A stretch of 64,000 nucleotides of DNA from Eledone cirrhosa (Eukaryota): positions 992,001 to 1,056,000 of the forward strand of contig OZ024756.1 of assembly GCA_964016885.1 (NCBI GenBank), written 5' to 3'. The position numbers were made by a program, and so were the translations under genes. Positions 54,552 through 64,000 of the stretch are shown in pieces; the first letter of the stretch is position 1; every line of letters begins with the position of its first letter. The notes under the pieces were generated by a model that was given only the letters and a program-made list of their open reading frames with translations, made no database searches and was not told the DNA's origin.

Positions 54552-56702
54552 TTGCGTAAGCTCATGCAGCGATCACGTAATGGAGAGATAGCATGCTTTC
54601 CAACAGACAAGTCTGGCAGAATGTCGGTTGACAGCCTGCCAAACTACATCCAGGCAATGCAACCCCACATCATTAACACAAGAGAGGTAAGACCACAGGA
54701 GCATGAGGATAGAGAAAAAGCCCTCAATGCCCATATGGTGATGTGGACGAATATAATGCAGCCCAACAAAAGGACTGCCAACAACTTCCAGGCCTGGAAC
54801 AATGACGTGCCGGCGTTGTATGGGCTTCGAAAAGACCATAAAACGGGCTGTGACCCTGTCGCGGGACCACCAACACGGCCAGTCTGTGGAGCTAACATTG
54901 CTAGTAACTACAGACTGTCCTACTTCCTCTCCCTGATCATACGCCCCATCATTGAGATGTCCCCAGATGTATGTGACAGCACGGAGGACCTCCTCAGCAG
55001 AATCGGCGTGAGTAACCGATCTGGGGACCTAACAAACTGCATAATAGGCAGTATGGATGTTGTGTCCCTGTATCCATCTATTGACGTGGATTTTGCTGTG
55101 GAGAAATGCGTAGAAATGATCAGCGAGAGCAAGGTTGAGTTCCGTGGGATTGATACCAGTGAGCTGGGACTTCTACTTAAGCTTACCTATAGTAATAGTT
55201 ACCTAGACACATATGACCTTAGCAACCTGTGCCCTACAAGACCAGCAAGAGGCAGACCACCTACCATTACCTCAATGGCCAAGAAAACCCACACAGATAG
55301 ATGGAACGGGTGGACCAGAGCCATACGGACACCCGAAAACCACGATGAACTGAAGAAAATGATTGCACATGCGGTAGGGGTCAGCATAAAACTAACCCTT
55401 AAGGAACATATGTTCAAATTTAATGGAAAAACATATGCCCAAGAGGAAGGAGCAGCCATTGGTGTTAGCATTGCAGGCGACATAGCTAACTTATTCATGG
55501 TATGGTGGGACAGTAGACTTAAACTTAAAGAACAATTAGAAGACAGCTTAACCCTGATAATGTACTCCCGCTACGTAGATGATATAAACATCGTAGTTAA
55601 GACACCCCCACTAGAGAACAGTCAGGAACTAGAGAAAAACACAATGGAAAGCATCCAGCAAATAGCAAACTCCATCCACCAGAGCATTAGAGTTACTATA
55701 GACTACCCAAGTAAACACCCCAACCATCGATTACCTGTACTAGACACAGAGCTCTGGTTAGATACCATTAACAACCAAAAACAAATCCTCCATTCCCATT
55801 ATGCCAAACCCATGACTTCCAAACATCTGATCCACCGAAACTCGGCCATTTCGGACCATACCAAAATCAACACACTGATTGCGGATTTGGTACGGGTGAT
55901 GAGAAACGTGTCCCGCATGTGCAACCCCGAAGAACTAGAGAGACACATACAACACTTCATCCACCGTATGCAGTTCTCTGGCTACAATCAGAGAGATAGA
56001 ATCAGAGTGTATAGAGGAGCCAGAACCAAATGGGAAAAAATGGTAAATAATGACATAAATGGGACCTGCCCCTTGTATAGGAGCAAATTTTGGAATAGAA
56101 TAGAAAGAACTAGGAACAAGGCAAATAGAATAAACTCATGGTATGATAGCAATAAATGCCAGAGTGTAATGTTCATCGATACAACCCCTAGAGGCGAACA
56201 AGCCTACAAATTTAGAAGGGCCCTAAATAAACATAAACTCAATATTAAGATAGTAGAAAGACCAGGTACCTCCGTAAAAACACTTATTAGCAAGACATAC
56301 CCGTTTCAAAGACCCTCATGTATAGATAAGAAATGTATAACCTGTAAAATAAGCCCCCATATTAACTGTAAAACTAGAAATGTAGTGTATAGCATAAGAT
56401 GTACTGAAGGACAATGTAGAAACAAAAATATAGTGTACATAGGTGAGACAGCTCGTAGTATAGGGGAACGGATAAATGAACACTGGCGAGACCTTCAAGA
56501 TAATAAAGAATCATCTGTACTCTACCAACATGCTAAGATAGAACACAAGGGTAAATTAGAGAACATAGAAATAAAAATAGAATCTACACACAGAAAAGAT
56601 GCAATGTTTAGACAAATTACAGAGGCAATAAACATAAAAGAATTACAACCAAAATTAAATAGAAAATATGAGTGGAACAGCAACATCACAACTTACAATT
56701 AA
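54552..56702 (+). CDS. PLE reverse transcriptase plus GIY-YIG endonuclease (716 aa, N-terminally truncated)
   Basis: TDKSG, LYGLRKDHK, PTRPV, SMDVVSLYPSI, GAAIG, RYVDD, LPVLD, YAKP, CIDKKCITC, VVY..YIGETARS. Confidence 0.93.
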   Translation: MRKLMQRSRNGEIACFPTDKSGRMSVDSLPNYIQAMQPHIINTREVRPQEHEDREKALNAHMVMWTNIMQPNKRTANNFQAWNNDVPALYGLRKDHKTGCDPVAGPPTRPVCGANIASNYRLSYFLSLIIRPIIEMSPDVCDSTEDLLSRIGVSNRSGDLTNCIIGSMDVVSLYPSIDVDFAVEKCVEMISESKVEFRGIDTSELGLLLKLTYSNSYLDTYDLSNLCPTRPARGRPPTITSMAKKTHTDRWNGWTRAIRTPENHDELKKMIAHAVGVSIKLTLKEHMFKFNGKTYAQEEGAAIGVSIAGDIANLFMVWWDSRLKLKEQLEDSLTLIMYSRYVDDINIVVKTPPLENSQELEKNTMESIQQIANSIHQSIRVTIDYPSKHPNHRLPVLDTELWLDTINNQKQILHSHYAKPMTSKHLIHRNSAISDHTKINTLIADLVRVMRNVSRMCNPEELERHIQHFIHRMQFSGYNQRDRIRVYRGARTKWEKMVNNDINGTCPLYRSKFWNRIERTRNKANRINSWYDSNKCQSVMFIDTTPRGEQAYKFRRALNKHKLNIKIVERPGTSVKTLISKTYPFQRPSCIDKKCITCKISPHINCKTRNVVYSIRCTEGQCRNKNIVYIGETARSIGERINEHWRDLQDNKESSVLYQHAKIEHKGKLENIEIKIESTHRKDAMFRQITEAINIKELQPKLNRKYEWNSNITTYN

Positions 56703-56920
56703 GGACAAAATGAAAACACACACACACATAGAACAAACAACCAACCAATAACATGTAAATAAATAAATAAATAAATAAACAAATAGATAAATGAACATAA
56801 ACACACACAGACACCCGGATGTGGCGCATGCGCAAACTGAGCACACAACACACACACACAGAAACAAAATGGCGTAGGACAGAAGAAAGGAAAGGCACAG
56901 AAACTAAGAAAGGAATCCCC

Positions 56921-56965
56921 AGTCACTGAAGAGGTCACAGAGCGTGTGACGAAAGGACTATGACT
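56921..56965 (+). ncRNA. Minimal type-I hammerhead (family M) in the PLE pLTR
   Basis: agtca-CTGAAGA-ggtcacagagcgtgtgac-GAAA-GGAC-TA-tgact. Confidence 0.8.
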
Positions 56966-57195
56966 ATATATAAACAACTATCTGGTTGTGGAACCAACCA
57001 ACCAACCAGAAATTTATAAGTTTGTAGATTTGTAAATTTATAAATTTATAAATATATAATAAATTGAAGTGAAAGCAACTGGTGCGTGTGTTTCTTATTG
57101 GCAACATGACCCTCCCAAAGTATAACAATATCGGTTTCAACACACGATTTCAGATAAAGAATCTTGCTAAATAAATTCAGAAACGAAATATATAT

Positions 57196-57298
<103 letters not shown>

Positions 57299-57336
57299 CA
57301 TATTTATATATATATATATATATATACATATTTATA

Positions 57337-57380
<44 letters not shown>

Positions 57381-57997
57381 GATATACATAGGCTTGGCAA
57401 CTTGTTGGTATAAGACGTGAATTGTCGTATCTCCAGATTTGAAATTTTAATATTTTAAATCGACAGTAATCGGATATATGTATGGTTTTAATTTTTCAGA
57501 GGACAAGGAAAACATACAAAAAAGATAAGTTTTTGTGCTTTGACGCAATTATTTTGAAGTATATTTTACATATATTACCTTTTTAAACATGTTTATTTTC
57601 ACTGTGTGATACCTTCATAGGAGACAACACACACACGTGCTTTCTATTTTTCTTGACTACCATACAGAGCATACGTAATCTAATTTTAGTTTAACTTAAA
57701 CAGATCTTGTATTATTTTGATTTTTCTGAGTAACATAATTTAATTTAATATAATCTTGTTTAATTTGGTATAATCTTATTTGTTTTTGACTCGGTTTGTT
57801 GTTTCTTGTTTGATATGTTGATATTACAATAACTTCGTATATTTGTAAACAAACATTTAGATTCAACTTATATACAACTTACATCGTGTTTCTATATCTC
57901 TATGATTCCGGTTTCTTCCATTCATTAATTTAATTTAAAATTTATTTTTATATTTATGAACTGCTATTGCTCACGCTGTCTCTATCTCTCTCCTTCC

Positions 57998-58047
<50 letters not shown>

Positions 58048-58269
58048 CTCCCTCTGACCTTCCCCCCCACTCTTCCCGCTATCTCTCTCGCTCCCCTCTT
58101 CTGTCTCTCTCCCCCTTTTCTTTTCTTTTGTTCTGTTTCTCTTTCTTTTTCTCGCTGGAGTTATATTTATCTCACTGGAGTTATATCTCTATCTCCCTCC
58201 CTCCCTCTGTCCCTCTCTAACCTCTACCCTACACTTCCCACTATCTCTCTTTCTCCCCTCCACAGCGAA

Positions 58270-59054
58270 ATGGACAGCATACAGGAAAAAGGTGAAATTA
58301 GGAGTCAACGAAACTGGTCAAAGATGGAACTAGCGGTTTTGATCAAGGGGTGGACCATGGCTATGGGTCTCCACCAAGCAAAAAGATGGCCGAGAACTTG
58401 AAGAGCCATGGGTTTCTGAGGACCCTGGCACAGATAGAGAGAAAGAGAAAAGAAATTGAGAAGGCGTATGTCCTCATAGCGCCACATATGGCGATGCTAA
58501 GCCGTGTCCTCAGGGAGGAGAAAACCGAAGAGAGAGATGAAGAGAAGGAGAGGGAAAAGGAAGAGGAAAAAGAAAAGGAGGAGAGCACAAGCACGGACCT
58601 GAAAGAAAATGATATACCCTCCGCCACAGGCAGGGAGGGCAGGCCGGGCAACCAACAAGCAAAGGGCAAAGGTGAAAAGCGAAATCACCTTCCGAAGGAG
58701 AACCAAGCGCAGAGGAACCAGTGGACAACTGTTCAAAGGAAGAACAGAAAGCACCGAGACACTGGGAGCAAAAAAACCCAAGTAATGTGCAAGTTTTTCA
58801 AGAACGGGACATGCTGGCATGGAGAGACAGGGATGGGATGCAGATTCGCCCACCCTAGGTCTCAAACGAACTATGCCCATCATACTCGCGCAACATGCCC
58901 CAGCCAAAGCCGAAATAAGCCGCTCCAGAAGTATGCTGATGTCGCGCGTGCCGCACCAACAAGGAGAAGGCACGCACATGCCGACGAGATACAGATGGCA
59001 GCAGCAGATCAAAAACATTTTTTAGTGATGGCAGAGAAGATTGTGGGACAGTGA
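58270..59054 (+). pseudogene. LINE ORF1-like protein with CCCH zinc finger, frameshift near 58350
   Basis: CKFFKNGTCWHGETGMGCRFAH; charged coiled region; ATG at 58270 is in a different frame from the 58350 ORF. Confidence 0.65.
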
Positions 59055-62000
59055 CCTGGCTGCATCGTCTCCAGAGCCAGGGTCATCCACACCAGCACTC
59101 GAGACCACCACAGTTAAGGGACCCAGAGTGGCCGCCGCTGACACCAGACCAGGTGTCATACCGACAGCCATTACTGGCACCCCAAAAGTCACAACAGTGC
59201 TGCTGCTGAATGTCAGGGGCCTGGTGAAACTCAGTAACATGAGTAAAATTTCCTACCTGGGAGACTTAGCCATAAGCAATCAAGCACTATGCATGGCACT
59301 AACCGAAACGCACCTGACAAGCAGTATAGCAGATGCAGAAATACATATACCGAAATATACTGTATTTCGTTCGGACAGGAAGGAGAGAACTCATGGTGGG
59401 GTTGCTCTGTATATCCGTGAAGATGTCACACCAATTGTACTGTTGACACATTCAAACTCAGTCTGTGACACACTGATAATACATATGAAGCAACTACAGA
59501 CAGTAATATGTGTCACATATCGGCCGCCCGATGCCCCCAGTCATGAGGGTAAATTTGAGGATAACCTAAGTAGGATAGAAGAGGTCCTTGACAAACTGGG
59601 CCAGGGTCTCAACATCCTACTGCTGGGATACTTCAACCTACCAAAGGTCAAATGGCCTGAGGGCCACCTCCTCCCTGGAATGACGTCAATAGAACAGAGA
59701 CAGACGGAATCCCTGCTGGCCCTCACACACAGGCTGTTCATGGAGCAAGCAATACTCCTCCCAACAAGAGGCGAAAATGTCCTGGACCTCTGTTTTACAA
59801 ACAACGAAGTGCTCATCCACAATGTAAAGGTGACACCAACAATTCTCTCGGATCATAACTTAGTAGAGCTAATGATATGTGTTCCAAGAGAACCAACAGA
59901 GACAAAACCACCAAGAAGCTCCGGGACGCTATCCAGCCTTAACTTCTACAAGGCTAACTGGAAAAAGATTAAGAGTGAAATCCGGAAGCAAATATGAAGT
60001 GAAAACACCGCCACAAAAGACACTAACACACAATTTCAACACTTCATGACAACGATACACACTATATGCAAAAAGTTTGTCCCGGACAAAGAGGCAAACA
60101 GGCACAAAAATCTTATACCCAGAGATAGGAAAATCCTTATGAGACGTAGAACTAAACTCTCAAACCAGTTGAATAGTCAACAAAACAAAAACAAGAAGGA
60201 ATCCTATTTGAAACGTGCACTACTTGACACCGAGATTGCACTCAAACTTTCACATGAGAATGAGAGGGCAAAGAAAGAGAACAGGGCCATAGAAAACATT
60301 AAAACAAACCCTAAGGCCTTCTTTAAATTTGCAAAAGAAACTGCCTCAGTACACTGCAAGATTGGGCCACTCTTCCACACGGACGGTTCATTAACCGAAA
60401 ACCCTCAAGAGATATGTGAAATACTGAACGAACAGTACAAAAGTGTGTTCACATGTCCACTGAGGCACATGCAAATAACGAAGCCAGAGGAGTTCTTTGA
60501 TGCCACAACACTACATGAAGAAATGGCAACCATCAACCACATAGACATAACGGAGGAGGATGTGGTGTACGCCATTGATGAAATTAGAACAGACTCGGCT
60601 GCTGGACCTGATGGATTCCCAGCAGTTCTCTTAAAAATATGTAAGCGGGCCTTAGCAACTCCACTGAAGATGCTCTTTAGAAGCTCCTTGGCTAGCGGTG
60701 TACTACCCAGGGAGCTGAAAGAAGGCACAATATGCCCTATCCATAAAGGAGGTAGTAGAGCGGAGGCCAAGAACTATAGGCCAGTCTCTCTGACGTCGCA
60801 TATCAGTAGGGTCATGGAGCGAGTCTTCAGAAAGAAACTAATCACTTTCCTCGAAGAAAATGACCGCCTGACTAGCACGCAACATGGCTTCCGCCCAGGA
60901 AGAAGCTGCCTTACACAGCTGCTACATCACTACGACTGGGTACTGAGACAACTACTAGACAGCTCACATGTGGACGTGATATATCTTGACTTTGCGAAGG
61001 CCTTTGACAAGGTCGACCACGGAATGATATGTCACAAACTACACGGACTCGGCATAACTGGAAAAGTAGGTGAGTGGCTGCATGGCTTCCTAAGGGACAG
61101 AAGCCAGGCAGTCGCAGCAAATGGGGCCCTCTCGAGGGAAACACCGATAACAAGTGGGGTGCCCCAGGGGACAGTCCTGGGACCACTACTGTTTTTGGTG
61201 GCTCTCTCGGACATGCCCTCTGTGGTGCATGCAACAACATCCCTCACTAGCTATGCTGATGACACTAAGGTAGCACAGGCAATCAAAAACCCGGCTGACG
61301 CTGCCCTTTTACAGCAGGATCTGGATGCCATATACAGATGGGCGGAAGAAAACAACATGCAGTTTAATGCTGGAAAATTCCAAGCCCTACAATACAAACC
61401 TGCAATCACAAACACAAATATAGTGGAACAAAGCTACACAGGACCAGGAGGGACCGATATCCCCGTGTCAAAATCGATACGAGCATAGACATGAGCGATG
61501 ATGCATCTTTCTCTTCACACATCACGAAAGTGGCGACAATGTGCAGACGACTCGCTGGCTGGATATTGGGGACTTTCCGGACAAGAGATCGAGACACCAC
61601 GTTGACACTGTGGAGGACTTTTGTCTTAAGCCGCCTGGACTACTGCTCCCAGTTGTTGTCACCCCATAGTGTTAAACTAACCACGGAGCTTGAGGCAATG
61701 CAGCGAAGCTACACCAAGAGGATTGCCAAGATGAGGGAGACAAGCTACTGGAAGAGGCAAAAGGAACTGAACCTCTACTCCTTGGAGCGAAGACCGGAGA
61801 GATACGCAGTGATCTACATGTGGAAAATCCTGGAGGGACTAGCACCAAACTTTGGCATTGGGAGCTGGACCAACCGTCGAACAGGACGTCACTGTGTGGT
61901 GCCAAATGTCCCGTCTTCCACATCTAGAATAAGGAGCAGGTATTGCAATAGCCTGGGTTTCAAGGGCCCTCAACTCTTCAACAGGCTGCCGAGGCATCTG

Positions 62001-62093
62001 AGAGACTTGCATGACGTGGAGGTGGATGTCTTTAAGAAACATCTCGACACCTTGTTATCCTGGATCCCGGATGAGCCCACAGCAAAACACTAG
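59041..62093 (+). pseudogene. LINE ORF2, APE endonuclease plus RT, with in-frame TGA at 59995 and a frameshift near 61485
   Basis: LNVRGL, LTETHL, GGVALY, YRPP, LDL, SDHN; AGPDG, NYRPVSLTS, QHGFRPGRSC, YLDFAKAFD, GVPQGTVLGP, YADD, LDYCSQ. Confidence 0.93.
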
Positions 62094-62253
62094 GGAAACC
62101 TAAGGGCAGCAGCAACAAACTCCCTTTTACACCAGTGGCCAACCTATACAGGCTGGAGATAAAATGTGTAGCAACAAGGGCGGTGCCCCAGCATGGCCTC
62201 AGCCGGATGGCTGAAACAGGTAAAAGAGTAAAAGAGTAATATATATATATCTG

Positions 62254-62284
<31 letters not shown>

Positions 62285-62303
62285 CTGTCTATATATATAG
62301 ATC

Positions 62304-62394
<91 letters not shown>

Positions 62395-62417
62395 GTATAT
62401 ATATATATATATATATA

Positions 62418-62504
<87 letters not shown>

Positions 62505-62605
62505 GTATATATATATATATATATATATATAATAAATAACAAAGAACGCCTATAGCATATGCATATCTTTACTTGCTAACATTGTTTCATCCGCACTATA
62601 AGTGG

Positions 62606-62698
62606 GACTCATCAGAGACTTATACTGCCTGTTGGATAAGTGGAGTGTTATACACCCCTGATCCTCTCCCTAGTATAATATATATATATATATATATG

Positions 62699-62729
<31 letters not shown>

Positions 62730-62802
62730 CTGTATATATATATATATATATATATATCTGTATATAAATAAATATATATATATTTATATATATATTTGTA
62801 TG

Positions 62803-62895
<93 letters not shown>

Positions 62896-62968
62896 TATAC
62901 TAGGGAGAGGATCAGGGGTGTATAACACTCCACTTATCCAACAGGCAGTATAAGTCTCTGATGAGTCT
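62606..62968. repeat. Inverted repeat with a (TA)n centre, attached to a family I hammerhead end
   Basis: gactcatcagagacttatactgcctg...ccctagtataata mirrored at 62893-62968. Confidence 0.85.
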
Positions 62969-62974
62969 TATATA

Positions 62975-63492
62975 TATTGTTATACTTTGGGAGGGTCATG
63001 TTGCCAATAAGAAACACACGCACCAGTTGCTTTCACTTCAATTTATTATATATTTATAAATTTACAATTTATAAATTGCTGGTTGGTTGGTTGGTTCCAC
63101 AACCAGATAGTTGTTTTTATATAGTCATAGTTCTTTCGTCACACACTCTGTGACCTCTTTAGTGACTGGGGATTCCTTTCTTTGTTTCTGTGCCTCTCCT
63201 TTGTTCTGTCCTACGTCATTTTGTTTCTGTGTGTGTGTTGTGTGCTCAGTCTGCGCATCCGCCACATCCGGGTGTCTGTGTGTGTTTATGTTCATTTATT
63301 TATTTGTTTATTTACATGTTACTGGTTGGTTGTTTGTTCTATGTTTGTGTGTGTTTTCATTTTGACCTTAATTGTAAGTTGTGATATTGCTGTTCCACTC
63401 ATGTTTTCTATTTAATTTTGGTTGTAATTCTTTTATGTTTATTGCCTCTGTGATTTGTCTAAACATTGCGTCTTTTCTGTGTGTAGATTCTA
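62975..63492 (-). mobile_element. Diverged 3' fragment of the 54345-57190 PLE family (EN tail plus pLTR; hammerhead core mutated to CTAAAGA)
   Basis: Reverse complement of about 56578-57130; IESTHRKDAMFRQITEAINIKELQPKLN. Confidence 0.9.
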
Positions 63493-63494
63493 TG

Positions 63495-64000
63495 CATATA
63501 CGCATAAACATACACACACCCACGAACATACATACACACACACACTCACACACACATATATGTGTATATACTATTATCATAAGCATATGGACATTAATGC
63601 GCGCACATAAACACTGCCACACATATTTAGATCAAGATACAGAAAGTAGGTGGGGGGAGGGCGGGTGTTTATGTGCGCGCATTAATGTCCATATGCTTAT
63701 GATAATAGTATATACACATATATGTGTGTGTGTGAGTGTGTGTGTGTGTATGTTTATGCGTATATGCGCGTGTGTGTGTGAATGTATGTATATGTGTGAG
63801 TATATGAATGTGTATATATTTATTTTTATATTTATATGTTTATATGCGTATATGTATTTTATCTGTAGATTATAAACATACAGAGATATTAGCCCTGAAT
63901 TTTTGTATTTACATACATCTTTTCGGCATGCGTATGCATGTGAACATATATTTTTATACATATCTGTGAACGAAGTTACTTACATATATACACACACCTA
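63495..64000. mobile_element. Fold-back 3'UTR fragment related to the Naiad-like family
   Basis: Inverted arms about 63500-63613 and 63665-63770; gatcaagatacagaaa.taggtggg and acagagatatta.cc.tgaa.ttt shared with 39104 and 52074. Confidence 0.55.

Larger units (their letters stand above)
54345..57190 (+). mobile_element. 5'-truncated Neptune-like PLE with short inverted pLTR (54345-54443 mirrors 57092-57190)
   Basis: RT-EN ORF, pLTR with hammerhead, 3' end in (TA)n. Confidence 0.92.
57960..62239 (+). mobile_element. Near full-length degenerate LINE (CR1/L2 group)
   Basis: ORF1, APE endonuclease and RT in order; tail (taaaagag)n running into (TA)n; 5' boundary uncertain, may extend to about 57390. 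Confidence 0.9.

Noticed and set aside
59995-59997. TGA in LINE ORF2 as a recoding site
   Set aside because: Falls where a Trp is expected (TGG to TGA) in a copy that also has frameshifts and a GDFN to GYFN change; ordinary decay

Overview
AT-rich, microsatellite-saturated animal DNA with no recognisable host protein-coding exon. The SINEs, LINEs and (TA)n load suggest a cephalopod such as octopus (inference). The window is dominated by Penelope-like retroelements (PLEs). These include a Naiad-like RT+GIY-YIG family forming a ~14 kb head-to-head inverted array (38.4-52.6 kb), two related Neptune-like PLEs (31.2-33.1 kb and 54.3-57.2 kb), and many short non-coding fold-back elements sitting in (TA)n tracts. 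Reading both strands by eye gives about 24 minimal type-I hammerhead ribozyme motifs in about 13 unrelated sequence families, most with a self-complementary stem III; this hammerhead/palindrome/(TA)n system is the main finding. Also present: a degenerate CR1/L2-group LINE with a CCCH zinc-finger ORF1, RTE, CRE and Helitron fragments, Nin/Deu-type SINEs, MITEs, a 7.6 kb 19/24-bp satellite growing from a SINE head, a 55-bp minisatellite and a tRNA-Gly(CCC). All structures were read manually; nothing was computed or searched.
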